A stretch of DNA of 64,000 nucleotides from an uncultured beta proteobacterium (GCA_963784775.1 CAWAST010000010.1:81875-145874), one strand, 5' to 3'. Shown: positions 1 through 15,445, counted from the stretch's first letter. A program made the numbers and translations. Notes: generated by a model not told the origin, from the letters alone.

Positions 1-204
1 CGAGCCGTCATCATGCAATGTAACCTTGATCTTTTTGCCATACCCGGCCAAACATTCGTCAGCCGCGTTGTCCAGCACTTCCTGGATCACGTGAAGCGGA
101 CTGTCGGTGCGCGTGTACATCCCGGGGCGCTGCTTGACCGGCTCCAGGCCCTTGAGGACGCGAATGGAATTCTCTGAATATTGCGGGGGTGATTTGACTG
201 CCAT
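1..204 (-). CDS. parE: DNA topoisomerase IV subunit B, first 68 codons only (gene runs off the left edge)
   Basis: Reverse-strand ATG at 204. MAVKSPPQYSENSIRVLKGLEPVKQRPGMYTRTDSPLHVIQEVLDNAADECLAGYGKK has the GHKL N-terminus GLEPV..RPGMYT.T / EV.DN..DE.LAG typical of ParE, not GyrB (GMYIGDT). Confidence 0.8.
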   Translation of the reverse strand, partial: MAVKSPPQYSENSIRVLKGLEPVKQRPGMYTRTDSPLHVIQEVLDNAADECLAGYGKKIKVTLHDDGS

Positions 205-326
205 AGCGGGCGATTCTAATTCACTGGATATTCTTACAGCCTTTTCAGACAATCCAGGCTCATCCGCCGCACCGCCCTGCCTTTCAGGGGCAGGAAACCC
301 GAGAGAAATTCGCGGGCAACGCCGCG

Positions 327-821
327 CTACAAACCCAGGGTCGAGGCCGGGAACCCCACGCTGCTCTCACGAATTTGCTCGTCCAGACGTTCACGCAGCT
401 CGATGGAACGCTCGCGATCGGTGCCACAAACCCCGCTGCTGTGACGGCCATCAAGCCGATGCAGAAACCAGCTGCGGCTCCAGATGGCACTGGGAATGTC
501 GCCAGGGCTGGCCGTCGGACGAACCCGGCAATCGATGATGTGGCTCCAGGCCTTTCTCCAGGCCACAAAGCGGGCATGCTGGCGGATCAGCTCGTCATAC
601 CGGTTGGCCAACAGAATCATGCGCCGACCCGTTTTGGACCAAGCATGCAGGGATTCCACCACGGCGCGCTCGCGCAGGGGCCAGTCTTCAAACGTGGCGT
701 CGCTCAGCACAATTTCCTGCCAGCCTTCCTGGGCGGCGCGCTCCAGTGCACCGCGCACGAGCTGCTCAAAGGCCTCTCGGCCGGAAAATCGGCCACTGTT
801 CAGGGGTTCAAGCGGGTCCAT
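327..821 (-). CDS. conserved hypothetical protein (~164 aa)
   Basis: ORF 327..1097, trimmed to internal ATG at 821 (MDPLEPLNSGRF...) because the upstream part overlaps the divergent slyD start. No recognisable domain. Confidence 0.5.
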   Translation of the reverse strand: MDPLEPLNSGRFSGREAFEQLVRGALERAAQEGWQEIVLSDATFEDWPLRERAVVESLHAWSKTGRRMILLANRYDELIRQHARFVAWRKAWSHIIDCRVRPTASPGDIPSAIWSRSWFLHRLDGRHSSGVCGTDRERSIELRERLDEQIRESSVGFPASTLGL

Positions 822-881
822 AAATACTCCTTTTGCCACCACCACCGATTCATTCTCGCTCCAAACTGCGACAATCGGGAC

Positions 882-1415
882 ATGGAAATCACACAACAAT
901 GCGTGGTCGCGCTGACCTGGACCCTCAAAGACACCCTGGGCGAAGAACTTGACGTACTCGATCGGCCCGTGGAGTTTTTGGTGGGCGGCACCGATCTCTT
1001 CAAAACCATCGAGGACGCCCTTCAGGGCCATGAGGCAGGGGCTCGGGTGGACCTGCAAATTGAACCCGAACAGGGCTTTGGCGACTTTGACGACCAATTG
1101 ATCATTCTGGAGGCCCGCTCGCTATTCCCCGCAGAGATCGAGGAAGGCATGACCTTTGAAGGCGCATCACTGCCCACGGGCTGCAGCGCCGAGGTTGTCA
1201 AGGATGCACTCTACACCCTGACCGACATTTATCCCGATCACGTGGTGCTCGACGGCAACCACCCGTTGGCCGGCCTTGCACTGCGCTTGAGCCTGAAGGT
1301 CGAGACCGTGCGTGAAGCCAGCGAAGAAGAAATCGGAAGGGGAACTGCCGGCACTGGTTTTTTCAAGATCCAGCCGGTGCACACCGCAGCCCCAGGCAGC
1401 AACAGCCTGCACTGA
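882..1415 (+). CDS. slyD: FKBP-type peptidyl-prolyl cis-trans isomerase, SlyD-like
   Basis: Internal ATG at 882 of ORF 375..1415. MEITQQCVVALTWTLKD...EFLVGG...IEDALQGHEAGARVDLQIEPEQGFG...VVLDGNHPLAGLALRLSLKVETVREASEEE matches the SlyD FKBP and IF-domain pattern. Confidence 0.8.
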   Translation: MEITQQCVVALTWTLKDTLGEELDVLDRPVEFLVGGTDLFKTIEDALQGHEAGARVDLQIEPEQGFGDFDDQLIILEARSLFPAEIEEGMTFEGASLPTGCSAEVVKDALYTLTDIYPDHVVLDGNHPLAGLALRLSLKVETVREASEEEIGRGTAGTGFFKIQPVHTAAPGSNSLH

Positions 1416-1541
1416 GCTCACCCCGGGCTCAATTTGGAGCGGATTCGGAGCCATTCGACCCGCTCCGGTCCGTTCCATCAGCCTGAAATAGCGGTGACAA
1501 CGCGGCCGTAGTGCGTGTCGCTGCGTTCCTCCTCACAGGAA

Positions 1542-1988
1542 TCAGGTTTTCCCGGTCGATCCGTAGCCGCCCTCGCCGCGCTCGCTGGCGGGGAATTCCG
1601 TCACCACATTGAATTGCGCCTGCACCACGGGCACGATGACCAGTTGGGCAATGCGCTCCATGGGCTCAATCGTGAACGCCACATCGCTTCGATTCCAGGC
1701 ACTGACCATGAGCTGACCCTGGTAGTCGCTGTCGATCAGTCCGACCAGGTTCCCCAGCACAATGCCGTGCTTGTGGCCCAGGCCCGAGCGCGGCAGAATC
1801 ATGGCCGCAAAATCTGGGTTTTTCAGGTAAATGGAGATACCCGTGGGCACCAGTTGCCAGGCATTGGGTTGCAAGGTCAGGGGCTCGGTCAAACAGGCCC
1901 GCAAGTCGAGGCCAGCACTGCCGGGCGTGGCGTAGGCCGGCAATTGATCGCCCATGCGGGCATCGACAATCTTCACATCTATCTGCAT
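1542..1988 (-). CDS. dut: dUTP diphosphatase
   Basis: 148 aa; [48 protein letters not shown] motifs. Confidence 0.95.
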   Translation of the reverse strand: MQIDVKIVDARMGDQLPAYATPGSAGLDLRACLTEPLTLQPNAWQLVPTGISIYLKNPDFAAMILPRSGLGHKHGIVLGNLVGLIDSDYQGQLMVSAWNRSDVAFTIEPMERIAQLVIVPVVQAQFNVVTEFPASERGEGGYGSTGKT

Positions 1989-1991
1989 TTT

Positions 1992-4973
<2,982 letters not shown>

Positions 4974-4974
<1 letters not shown>

Positions 4975-5831
4975 TGAAACTCTGCGGATTTGACATTGGC
5001 CTGCAGCATCGCTTCTTTCTGATCGCCGGCCCCTGCGTGATTGAGTCTGAACAACTGCAGATGGACACGGCCGGCTCGCTCAAAGAAATCACCTCAAACC
5101 TGGGCATCCCGTTCATCTTCAAAAGCAGTTTTGACAAGGCCAACCGATCCAGTGGAAGCACGTTTCGCGGTCCGGGAATTGGCAAGGGGCTGGAGATTCT
5201 GGCCAAGATCAAGCGTGAGTTGCGGTTGCCGATATTGACCGACATCCACTCGGAAGCCCAGATCGCTCAGGTCGCTGCGGTGGTTGACGTGCTGCAAACG
5301 CCGGCTTTTTTGTGCCGCCAGACCGATTTCATTCGTGCCGTGGCCCAGTCAGGCAAGCCCGTAAACATCAAGAAGGGGCAGTTTCTGGCACCCTCGGACA
5401 TGAAAAACGTCATCGACAAGGCGCGCGCGGCGGCCCGCGAAATGGGTCTGGAGGAAGACAACTTTATGGCCTGTGAGCGTGGAGCTAGTTTTGGCTACAA
5501 CAATCTGGTGAGCGACATGCGCTCGCTGGCCATCATGCGCGAAACCGGCGCGCCCGTCGTGTTCGATGCCACCCACTCAGTCCAGTTGCCCGGCGGACAG
5601 GGCACCAGCAGTGGCGGTCAGCGTGAGATGGTTCCTGTGCTGGCACGCGCGGCAGTGGCGGTAGGCGTAGCTGGCCTGTTTATGGAGACCCACCCCAACC
5701 CGGCCAAGGCAATGAGCGATGGCCCCAACGCCGTGCCACTCAAGCACATGAGGGCGCTTCTTGAAACGCTGCTCGAACTCGATACAGTCACCAAGAAGAA
5801 CGGTTTTCTGGAAAACGATTTTGGTGTCTGA
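4974..5831 (+). CDS. kdsA: 3-deoxy-8-phosphooctulonate synthase
   Basis: ATG 4974 overlaps the pyrG stop (TGATG). [25 protein letters not shown]...[12 protein letters not shown]. Confidence 0.95.
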
Positions 5832-5961
5832 ACCATGACCAGAACCTGTCTTTTTGCCAATGCCACCGTGGCCAACCCACAACAGTATGAGCCGTGCAGG
5901 CACCCGGTGAGCAAGGCGGATTGTGCGCACGGTGAAGGTCGAAGACATAAAGATTTCTTAA

Positions 5962-7260
<1,299 letters not shown>

Positions 7261-7268
7261 AATCTGCC

Positions 7269-7544
7269 ATGGGCCCTCGCGCTGTCCCGGCCATCCTGAT
7301 CGCGCTGCTGGTGATTTTCCAGGCGCAGTTGTGGTTTGGCCGCGGTAGCGTGCCCCGCGTGGCGCAAATGTCTGAAGAGTTGCTCCAGCAGAACCAGCAA
7401 AATCAGCTCGCCCAACAGGCCAATGTTCGATTGTCGGCCGAGGTTCGGGATTTGAAGGAAGGCCTTGACATGGTCGAGGAAAAAGCCCGCGCAGAGCTGG
7501 GCATGGTCAAGCCCAACGAGATCCTCGTTCAGATTGCAAAATAG
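7269..7544 (+). CDS. ftsB: cell division protein FtsB
   Basis: 91 aa, N-terminal TM segment then coiled coil, ...EEKARAELGMVKPNE; conserved position after eno. Confidence 0.85.
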   Translation: MGPRAVPAILIALLVIFQAQLWFGRGSVPRVAQMSEELLQQNQQNQLAQQANVRLSAEVRDLKEGLDMVEEKARAELGMVKPNEILVQIAK

Positions 7545-7563
7545 AGAGCCACGCGGGGGCAGC

Positions 7564-8142
7564 ATGAAGATCGCCCTTCTGGGCGCGGAGTGCACAGGCA
7601 AGAGCACACTTGCACGCGAACTCGCAAAGGCGCTGGATCAGCCGTCTGCCCGGGCAATCTGGGTCCCAGAGGGACTTCGCGAATGGTGTCATCAGCACGC
7701 CCGCACTCCACAGTCCCATGAGCAGCACGGGATTGCCAAAGAGCAAATCCGAAGGGTTGATTCGGCGCAGCCAGCCAGGTTCCTGATCGCTGATACGACG
7801 GCATTGATGACTGCCGTGTACAGCGACCTGCTCTTTGGTGACCACTCGCTGTACAGCATCGCGCTTGATCACCAGCGTGGTTTTGATCTCACTTTGCTCA
7901 TGGAGCTTGACCTGGTTTGGGTGGCCGACGGAGTGCAACGTGACGGAGCCCGGTCCGCCGCCTTGGTCGATGCACGACTGCGTGAAGTGCTGCACAGCCA
8001 AGCCCTGCCCTTCAGGCTGGTCCGTGGCTCTGGTAAATCGCGCACCCAATGCGCCCTGGACGCAATTGCCAGCCGCATAACACCCGGCCTGCCAAGTGCT
8101 ACTGGACTGCTGAACTTGAGGGTGGAAGATCGCCCGCGATAG
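7564..8142 (+). CDS. P-loop ATPase (AAA_28 / NadR-kinase-like)
   Basis: ATG 7564 inside ORF 7465..8142. MKIALLGAECTGKSTLAREL Walker A. The 3' end overlaps convergent hslO by 44 nt. Confidence 0.6.
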   Translation: MKIALLGAECTGKSTLARELAKALDQPSARAIWVPEGLREWCHQHARTPQSHEQHGIAKEQIRRVDSAQPARFLIADTTALMTAVYSDLLFGDHSLYSIALDHQRGFDLTLLMELDLVWVADGVQRDGARSAALVDARLREVLHSQALPFRLVRGSGKSRTQCALDAIASRITPGLPSATGLLNLRVEDRPR

Positions 8143-9076
8143 TGAACAGTTGCGCCACATCGACCGCGTCAAAACGGTATTGGGCACCACAAAACTCACA
8201 CCCAACTTCAAGCTCACCGCGTTCGGCCAGAACTTCCTGCGCTTCATTGCGACCCAAGTCCAGCAGCATCCGACCGACCCCCTCGCGGCTGCAGGTGCAG
8301 GCAAAGTGGGGCTTGCCTGCGCCTGCCGTCGGCTCATAAAGGGTCAATTTTTCTTCCCAGAAGAGACGACGAAGAATTGTTTCTGCGTCCAGCGTCAGCA
8401 ACTCCTCGCGCTTGAGGCTTGAAGCCAGTATGGAGATGCGGTTGAAATCATCCTCGCGGTCCATCTCTGGCGAGTGCCCGCCGCCAGCCAGATTGCCCAC
8501 GCCTTCCAGGGGCACGCGCTGTAACAGCAAACCCGCGGCGAGCTTGTCATCGGCCGCCAGCACCAGCGTTGTCTCCAACTGCTCACTTTGGTCCATGTAA
8601 TGCTCAAGCACCTTGTTCAGGCGTTCGATCTTTTCGCCACGCACGTTGTTCAGCGGGACGACTCCCTGATAGGGTTGTTGCCCCGGAAAACCCGACTTGG
8701 GATCAAGCGTGATGGCGCATTTGCCCGCATCGCCGACATTGAGCATCGTGCTCAGACTGGCATCGGGTGCGACATCACCAACCACCTTGGCCATGGCCCG
8801 CAGTCCAAAGTCGCTCTGAACTTCGACCACGGCCAGCTTGACCGGCCCATCGCCAAAAATCTGCAGGATCAACGAGCCATTGAACTTGATGTTCGATTGC
8901 ATCAAGGTCGCTGCGGCAAACATTTCGCCCAGCAGACTCTGAACCGGTTGCGGATAGTGGCCGTCCCCTCCCGCGCCCGCACGCCGACGCAGCACCTCAG
9001 TCCAGGCATCGGTCAAGCGCACCAGCACACCGCGTACCGATGCACCCTCAAACAAAAACTTGTGAATCTCGGACAC
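8099..9076 (-). CDS. hslO: redox-regulated chaperone Hsp33
   Basis: 325 aa; C-terminal zinc centre CTCSRE...CEFCGAQY. Confidence 0.9.
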   Translation of the reverse strand: MSEIHKFLFEGASVRGVLVRLTDAWTEVLRRRAGAGGDGHYPQPVQSLLGEMFAAATLMQSNIKFNGSLILQIFGDGPVKLAVVEVQSDFGLRAMAKVVGDVAPDASLSTMLNVGDAGKCAITLDPKSGFPGQQPYQGVVPLNNVRGEKIERLNKVLEHYMDQSEQLETTLVLAADDKLAAGLLLQRVPLEGVGNLAGGGHSPEMDREDDFNRISILASSLKREELLTLDAETILRRLFWEEKLTLYEPTAGAGKPHFACTCSREGVGRMLLDLGRNEAQEVLAERGELEVGCEFCGAQYRFDAVDVAQLFTIAGDLPPSSSAVQ

Positions 9077-9119
9077 GTCACTCTCTCAGTCAAATCAGAC
9101 ACTCAGCCAGAATCCCATC

Positions 9120-9644
9120 TCACGAGACCTTTTTCAGCCCCCTGCGAAAACGCTTTGCATTGTCAACATAGTGCCTGGCACTTTGGCGCAGCCCCTCCAG
9201 CTGGTCTGCGGACAGCTGGCGTACCACCTTGGCGGGACTGCCCAGAATCATCGAACCATCGGCAAACTCCTTGCCCTCCGTGACCAGAGAGCCGGCCCCG
9301 ACCAGGCAACCCTTTCCAATCTTTGCCCCGTTGAGGATCACGGCGCCTATGCCAATCAGCGAATCATCGCCAATGGTGCAACCATGCAGCATCACCTTGT
9401 GCCCAACTGTCACTCCAGAGCCCACGGTCAACGGCATGCCAAAGTCAGCGTGCAACACACTCATGTCCTGGATGTTGGTGCCCGCGCCCACCTTGATGGC
9501 ATCGGTATCGCCACGAATCACCACGCCAAACCAGACGCTGGCCTCCTCGCCCAGTTCAACATCACCCACGACCTGGGCACTGTCGGCGACCCAGGCCGAG
9601 TCGGGCATGCTTGGGGTGTGATTGTCGAGCTGATAAATTGCCAT
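9120..9644 (-). CDS. gamma carbonic anhydrase family protein (left-handed beta-helix, YrdA/PaaY-like)
   Basis: ORF 9120..9674 trimmed to ATG 9644 ([29 protein letters not shown]). Hexapeptide repeats. Confidence 0.8.
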   Translation of the reverse strand: MAIYQLDNHTPSMPDSAWVADSAQVVGDVELGEEASVWFGVVIRGDTDAIKVGAGTNIQDMSVLHADFGMPLTVGSGVTVGHKVMLHGCTIGDDSLIGIGAVILNGAKIGKGCLVGAGSLVTEGKEFADGSMILGSPAKVVRQLSADQLEGLRQSARHYVDNAKRFRRGLKKVS

Positions 9645-9740
9645 GTCCGTTCCTTGCGTTGCATCGGTCCTCAATTGTAGAGACTGCCCTACCGTTGAAT
9701 TGCCCCCTTAGAATCAAACCACACTCATTCACTGCGTCCA

Positions 9741-10982
9741 ATGTCAACTCAATCTGAAACCGGGGGCCCGTCCCACGCGAATGCCATAGCACGGCAGGCA
9801 ATCGTGGACAAGAATCGGGCCGTTTTTGGCTACGAGCTTTTTGATCGCTCGACGCCACTCGACACCCACACAGCCGCCAGCGACGCCGCATTGCTGTTCA
9901 ACGTGTTGTCACACGCGGACAACGAAGGGTTGATGGACACCAAGGTCATCTTCATCAACTGCACCCATCAAACGCTGGCTGGCGGCCATCTTGAACTGAT
10001 TCGCCCGGATCGTGCCGTTCTTGAAGTTCCCCCGCTGCCTGGCGCAACCGATGAGGAAATCGAAGCCTATGCCCCCATGCTGAGCGCCGTTCGGGCGCAG
10101 GGCTTTAGGCTCGCCTTTGACCATACGGCACTAGGCAAGTCCTATGCGAGCTGGCTGCCAATGGCGGCATTCATCAAGCTCGACCTCTCCCGGCTAACCC
10201 CTGAGATTGTGAAGACGGCCGCTCAATTTTCCCGGACGGACACCAGCACCAAGCTGATCGCGGAAAAGGTGGAGACCGCCGCGCAGCACGAGCTTGCGAT
10301 CAAACTGGGCGTCCACCTTTTCCAGGGCTATTGGTTTGCAAAACCGGTATTGCTCGCGGGCCAGACCGTGCGCCCGGCGCAGGCAGCGATCATCCAGTTG
10401 ATCAACCTGGTTCGCCAGCAGGCCAGCACGTTTGAAATTGAGGAAGTTCTGAAACGCGACCCGACGCTGTCCTTCAATCTCCTTCGTTTCATCAACTCGT
10501 CCGGCTTTGGCCTGAGCTGTCAGATCACATCGTTCCGGCATGCCGTGATGATCTTGGGCCTCAAAAAACTGTTCCGCTGGGCCGCGCTCCTGATGACCAC
10601 CTCGCGCGTGAGCGGTGTAGCTCCGGCAGTGGGCAGCATGGCCATCGTGCGAGGTCGACTGATGGAACTGCTGGCCGCCGAGATGCTGCCTGCCGAGGAA
10701 TGTGACAACGCCTTTGTCGTGGGCGTTTTCTCCCTGCTCGATACCATGCTGGGCATTCCGATGGAGAAGGCCCTGGCGTCGATTTCCCTTCCCGACACCG
10801 TGATCGACGCCCTGCTCCATGGCACGGGCGCGCTGGCCCCGTTTCTTGAATTGGTCAAGGCCTGCGAAAGCGCCGATGATGAATCCTTTGCCCGAACCGC
10901 CGATGCGTTGCAATTGACCAACCGGCAGGTCAACTGGGCCCATCTTCAAGCTTTGGCCTGGGCCGAAACACTCACCCATTAG
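9741..10982 (+). CDS. EAL-like and HDOD domain signalling protein
   Basis: 413 aa. N-terminal QAIVDKNRAVFGYELFDR (EAL-type fold start); C-terminal half has an HDOD-like pattern (LKRDPTLSFNLLRFINSSGFG...). Confidence 0.7.
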   Translation: MSTQSETGGPSHANAIARQAIVDKNRAVFGYELFDRSTPLDTHTAASDAALLFNVLSHADNEGLMDTKVIFINCTHQTLAGGHLELIRPDRAVLEVPPLPGATDEEIEAYAPMLSAVRAQGFRLAFDHTALGKSYASWLPMAAFIKLDLSRLTPEIVKTAAQFSRTDTSTKLIAEKVETAAQHELAIKLGVHLFQGYWFAKPVLLAGQTVRPAQAAIIQLINLVRQQASTFEIEEVLKRDPTLSFNLLRFINSSGFGLSCQITSFRHAVMILGLKKLFRWAALLMTTSRVSGVAPAVGSMAIVRGRLMELLAAEMLPAEECDNAFVVGVFSLLDTMLGIPMEKALASISLPDTVIDALLHGTGALAPFLELVKACESADDESFARTADALQLTNRQVNWAHLQALAWAETLTH

Positions 10983-11019
10983 CTTGTTGTGCCCGGTGCC
11001 ACGACGGCCAATGCACTCG

Positions 11020-11919
11020 TTAGCCGCGTGGATGATGTCGGGAATGCAAGGCGTTGAGCCGCTCCCGCGCCACATGGGTATAAATGGTCGTGGTTGAAAT
11101 ATCTGCGTGACCCAGCAGCATTTGCACCGCGCGCAGGTCTGCCCCATGATTGAGCAAATGGGTTGCAAACGCGTGACGCAGCGTATGAGGCGACAACGGC
11201 ACGGTGACGCCCGCGCCCTGTGCGTGTTTTTTCACAATCATCCAGAACATGACGCGGCTCATGGCGGTGCCGATTCGAGAACCTCTTTGAGTCACGAACA
11301 GGTCTTCGGTCTGCTTGCCCGCCAACAGGGCCGGACGCGCATCCGCCAGATAAATCTTTATCCAGAGGCTCGCAATCTCGCCAAAGGGAATCAGGCGTTC
11401 CTTGTTGCCCTTGCCGGTGACCCGCACCACATTGTCCTGGAGGCTGATGTTAAAGACTTTGAGGGTGACCAATTCGCTTACGCGCAGACCGCTGGCGTAC
11501 ATCAGCTCCAGCATGGTTCTGTCGCGCACGCCAAGCGGTGTAGCGATGTCCGGTGCTGCCAGGATTGCCTCAACCTGCGCCTCGGTCAATGTCTTTGGCA
11601 CCCGCAACGCCTGGCGCGCCGCCTGCAGCTTGAGTGTGGGGTCCACCGCAATATGATGCTCGCGCAGTGCCCATCGAAAAAAGCGCTTGAAAACCGTAAG
11701 CCGCCGATTGGCGGTGGTGGCTTTGCTGGTGGCGTGCTGCGCAGAAAAATACCCGTTGAGGTCGATCTCCGTGGTTGCCAGCAGGACTTGTCCGTGACCG
11801 ACTAGCCATTGCTCGAACTGTGTCAGGTCCCGCCGGTATGCCGCCAGCGTGTTGCCCGACAGGCCGTCTTCCAGCCACAGTGCGTCGATGAATGTGTCAA
11901 TGAAAGGCTCTGTTGTCAC
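11020..11919 (-). CDS. xerD: site-specific tyrosine recombinase XerD
   Basis: ORF 11020..12009. GTG at 11919 gives VTTEPFIDTFIDALWLEDGLSGNTLAAYRRDL, colinear with the E. coli XerD N-terminus, and removes the overlap with the divergent transporter gene. HTLRHAFATHLL, LLGHADISTTTIYTHV. Confidence 0.85.
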   Translation of the reverse strand: MTTEPFIDTFIDALWLEDGLSGNTLAAYRRDLTQFEQWLVGHGQVLLATTEIDLNGYFSAQHATSKATTANRRLTVFKRFFRWALREHHIAVDPTLKLQAARQALRVPKTLTEAQVEAILAAPDIATPLGVRDRTMLELMYASGLRVSELVTLKVFNISLQDNVVRVTGKGNKERLIPFGEIASLWIKIYLADARPALLAGKQTEDLFVTQRGSRIGTAMSRVMFWMIVKKHAQGAGVTVPLSPHTLRHAFATHLLNHGADLRAVQMLLGHADISTTTIYTHVARERLNALHSRHHPRG

Positions 11920-11994
11920 GCTAGCTTGTAGAAGGGTAAATCGGTCCGGTCGTCCGGCGTGCTGCGGGTCGAGCCGCACTGGTATTCTCGCAGG

Positions 11995-12906
11995 GTGAAT
12001 TACGCTCAACTGCTCATCCCGGATTTTTCCCTCATTTTGATGGGCTACCTGATCTGCCGCTTCACCGCGTTGAATCGAACGGTGTGGGCTCAGGTCGAGG
12101 CGCTGGTGTATTTCTTTCTATTCCCGGTTCTGCTCTTTCACTCGATCATACGAAGCCCATTGGAGTTGACTGCCGCTTCCAGCCTGATCGGCGCGGGCTG
12201 GGCAATGGGCTTGACCGGTATTGCCCTGGCCTACTCCATCCCGTACTGGCCCGGCCTTCGCTCCCATATTCCGGACCGCGCTCATGCCGCCAGCGCGCAA
12301 GTGGCCTTTCGGTTCAACTCGTTCATCGGCTTGGCCGTGGTGGGTCGCCTGGCCGGACCACAGGGACTTCAGATGATCGCGGTGCTGATCGGCGTATGCG
12401 TGCCCTTGTTCAACGTGGGCGCGGTCTGGCCCATGGCACGGCACGCCCAGCGCGGTTTGTGGCGCGAGCTGGCGCAGAACCCGCTGATCATCGGCACTGC
12501 GGCTGGCTTGAGCGCCAACCTGGCTGGTCTGACCCTGCCAGACTGGCTCGACCCCTCCTTGGCCCGCATCGGCTCTGCCTCATTGCCCTTGGGATTGATG
12601 GCCGCCGGTGCCGGCATGCAGTTGGGCGCGCTCAACAAGACCAAGTCCCTCACGGTGGCCCTCATGTCGATCCGGCATTTCCTGATCCCCCTGGCGGCCT
12701 TCGGGTTTGCGCGGCTCTTTGGCCTGAACCCCACACAAACCACGGTGCTGCTGATCTTCTCAGCGCTACCGACGGCATCGAGCTGTTATGTGCTGGCTTC
12801 GCGCATGGGCTACGACGGCGCCTACGTGGCCGCACTTGTCACCCTTTCTACCCTGCTGGGCATGCTCAGTCTGCCCTTTGCCCTGGGCCTTCTGGGCGGT
12901 CATTGA
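11995..12906 (+). CDS. AEC (auxin efflux carrier) family transporter
   Basis: ORF 11959..12906. In-frame GTG at 11995 (VNYAQLLIPDFSLILMGYL) preferred; start uncertain. Polytopic membrane protein. Confidence 0.7.
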   Translation: MNYAQLLIPDFSLILMGYLICRFTALNRTVWAQVEALVYFFLFPVLLFHSIIRSPLELTAASSLIGAGWAMGLTGIALAYSIPYWPGLRSHIPDRAHAASAQVAFRFNSFIGLAVVGRLAGPQGLQMIAVLIGVCVPLFNVGAVWPMARHAQRGLWRELAQNPLIIGTAAGLSANLAGLTLPDWLDPSLARIGSASLPLGLMAAGAGMQLGALNKTKSLTVALMSIRHFLIPLAAFGFARLFGLNPTQTTVLLIFSALPTASSCYVLASRMGYDGAYVAALVTLSTLLGMLSLPFALGLLGGH

Positions 12907-12955
12907 CCGAATAGGCACTCGGCGAGCCTCACGTTCAGGCTCGCTCCGATCACCG

Positions 12956-14923
12956 TCAATCCTGGCGCGCCGGGAAATCGGCATCCAGACGCGCCTTGAG
13001 AAAACCACCCGTGCCGTAGCGGGTCACCCGGCTGTAGAAGCGGGCCGTCAAGCGCTTGACCATCGCGGAATACTCGTCGACCAGTGTCGGCAAAATGGTG
13101 AAGCTGTCGTAGTTGACCACGACAGAGACCCGCTGCTCGGCAGAGGTCACTATCGGTGCCAGCAGGGTTTCGACCATGCGCTCAACCTCGACAATATCGG
13201 AGCGCGCGTCAATGGCCAGTCCCTCGCAATTGATGAACAACAGCCTGCGCTCCTTGTCCAGTTCAAAGCGTTGGGCCAGCGGCGTGGCGAGCATGCGTTC
13301 ACGCAAACCCATGGGCGCGTCCCGAAACAGGGCCGCATCCATCAGTTTGAGCGTTGAACTGACACTGGGCATGAAGTCCATATGAGCCAGAATGTCGCGC
13401 TGCAGGTCGATGCCCGGCGCAATTTCGATCAACTCCAGAGCGCCGCTGTCACCTTGGCCCGTGAGTTGGAACACGCAGCGCTCCGTCACATACAGCACGC
13501 GCTGTCCGCGCTTGAGCGCCTCTCGACCGCTGAACGTACGATGCTCCACCTCGCGAACAAATTTGCGCGTCCTACCCTCGCGCACCACCTGCAGTCGCCC
13601 CGCGTTCACCCGCACATCAAGGTCATCAGCTGTAAAGGTACCGGCAAAGACGAGGTTCTTGGCATTCTGGCTGATGTTGATAAAACCGCCGGCGCCAGCG
13701 AGCCGGGTACCGAATTTGCTGACATTCAGATTGCCGTGGGCATCAGCCTGGGCCAAGCCAAGCACCGCAACATCGAGCCCGCCACCATCATAAAAGTCGA
13801 ATTGGCTGGGCTGATCAATCACCGCCTGGGTATTGACGGCCGCACCGAAACTCATACCACTGACGGGAATGCCGCCAATGACCCCAGGCTCGGCCGTCAG
13901 CGTCAACAGGTCGATCACCTTCTCCTCGGTGGCCACCCCGGACACGCCTTCGGGCATGCCAATGCCCAGATTAACCACGCTGTTGGGGCGCAACTCCAAC
14001 GCAGCACGGCGCGCAATCACCTTGCGTTCAGTCAGAGGTAGCAATGCCAGCGAGTTGATGGGGACACGAATTTCGCCGGAGTAAGCCGGGTTGTACTGCT
14101 CCGAGAACGTCTGCATGTGATGGGCGGGATCAGTGGCCACCACCACGGCGTCAACAAGCACGCCGGGGACCTTGACCTGACGCGGATTCAGGGTGCCGCG
14201 CGCTGCCAGACGCTCCACCTGGGCAATCACGATTCCGCCTGAATTGCGGGCAGCCATAGCCACGGCAAGCGCCTCCAGGGTCAGTGCTTCACGCTCCATG
14301 CTGAGGTTGCCGTCCGGATCGGCCGTCGTCCCCCGAATGATGGCCACCGAAATCGGAAAAGCCTTGTAGAAAAGATATTCCCGACCATCGATTTCCATAA
14401 CCCGGACCAGGTCTTCGGTGGTGCGTGCATTGATCTTGCCGCCACCAAAACGCGGATCGACAAAGGTATCGATTCCCACATGCGTCAAAGTGCCCGGTTT
14501 GCCTGCAGCGATGTCGCGAAACAAATGCGAAATCACCCCCTGCGGCAGGTTGTAGGCCTCAATCTCGTTGGCAACCGCCAGTTTCTGCAGCGCGGGCACC
14601 AGCCCCCAATGCCCGCCAATAACGCGCCGCAGCAGACCCAAATGCCCAAGATGGTTGAGCCCGCGCTTGTCTCCGTCGCCCTGGCCCGCTGCGTACACCA
14701 ACGTTAAATTGCTCGGCACGCCGACACCGGTTTCACTTTGTGCAGCCAGAAATCGGGCCTCCAGAGCCACGGCAATTTCTTCGGCAAAACCGATGCCGAC
14801 AAAGCCGGTGGTGGCCACCGTGTCACCGTTGTTGATCAAAAGAACGGCCTCGCTGGCGCTGACAACCTTGTCGCGCCGCGTGCCCGGCCCCAGGTGTTCT
14901 TCAACATTGAAATTGGTATGCAA
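12956..14923 (-). CDS. family I CoA-transferase (acyl-CoA:acetate/3-ketoacid type, YdiF/Pct-like) with C-terminal extension
   Basis: 655 aa; [19 protein letters not shown], fused alpha/beta CoA-transferase halves, then ~120 extra residues (…[19 protein letters not shown]…RYGTGGFLK). Confidence 0.8.
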   Translation of the reverse strand: MHTNFNVEEHLGPGTRRDKVVSASEAVLLINNGDTVATTGFVGIGFAEEIAVALEARFLAAQSETGVGVPSNLTLVYAAGQGDGDKRGLNHLGHLGLLRRVIGGHWGLVPALQKLAVANEIEAYNLPQGVISHLFRDIAAGKPGTLTHVGIDTFVDPRFGGGKINARTTEDLVRVMEIDGREYLFYKAFPISVAIIRGTTADPDGNLSMEREALTLEALAVAMAARNSGGIVIAQVERLAARGTLNPRQVKVPGVLVDAVVVATDPAHHMQTFSEQYNPAYSGEIRVPINSLALLPLTERKVIARRAALELRPNSVVNLGIGMPEGVSGVATEEKVIDLLTLTAEPGVIGGIPVSGMSFGAAVNTQAVIDQPSQFDFYDGGGLDVAVLGLAQADAHGNLNVSKFGTRLAGAGGFINISQNAKNLVFAGTFTADDLDVRVNAGRLQVVREGRTRKFVREVEHRTFSGREALKRGQRVLYVTERCVFQLTGQGDSGALELIEIAPGIDLQRDILAHMDFMPSVSSTLKLMDAALFRDAPMGLRERMLATPLAQRFELDKERRLLFINCEGLAIDARSDIVEVERMVETLLAPIVTSAEQRVSVVVNYDSFTILPTLVDEYSAMVKRLTARFYSRVTRYGTGGFLKARLDADFPARQD

Positions 14924-15085
14924 GCACCTTCTCCTTGATGGCTTAGCGCCGCGGGCATCAAGTCCAGTTCGCTGGTGCGCCCATCCACCGTTGACCAGCA
15001 GACTTTACCGCGCCAGGCCGACCAACTCAAGAACCCTCCTGTCCATGGGCAATGCAAAACCGGGAAAAATTGCTGATAATGGGCC

Positions 15086-15415
15086 ATGGCTATACCACAC
15101 GCACCCTCTGGTCATCCCATTGACGTCAGACCCTTCGGCAACGAGCTGCCGTCGGCGCAAACCGTTGCACTGTTCAAGACCGACGAGCTTGAAGTCATCC
15201 GCATGGTGTTCTCGGCGGGAAAGACCTTTCCGCCGCACAAGGTCGCGGGTGCGACCACGATTCAGTGCATCGAAGGTCGCATCGAAGTCAGCTCCGAAGA
15301 CTGCACCTGCACGCTGGAACCCGGACAGCTTCTATACCTGCCCGGCAATATGGAGCACGGCGTGCTCGCGCTTGAAGACGCCTCGGCACTGGTCACCATC
15401 ATCCTGCCCGATTGA
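15086..15415 (+). CDS. cupin domain protein
   Basis: 109 aa; GKTFPPHKV...IQCIEGRIEV...LPGNMEHGV cupin motifs. Confidence 0.7.
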   Translation: MAIPHAPSGHPIDVRPFGNELPSAQTVALFKTDELEVIRMVFSAGKTFPPHKVAGATTIQCIEGRIEVSSEDCTCTLEPGQLLYLPGNMEHGVLALEDASALVTIILPD

Positions 15416-15445
15416 CCCGGCGGCGGGTGACCGCGGGTGCTTTTT

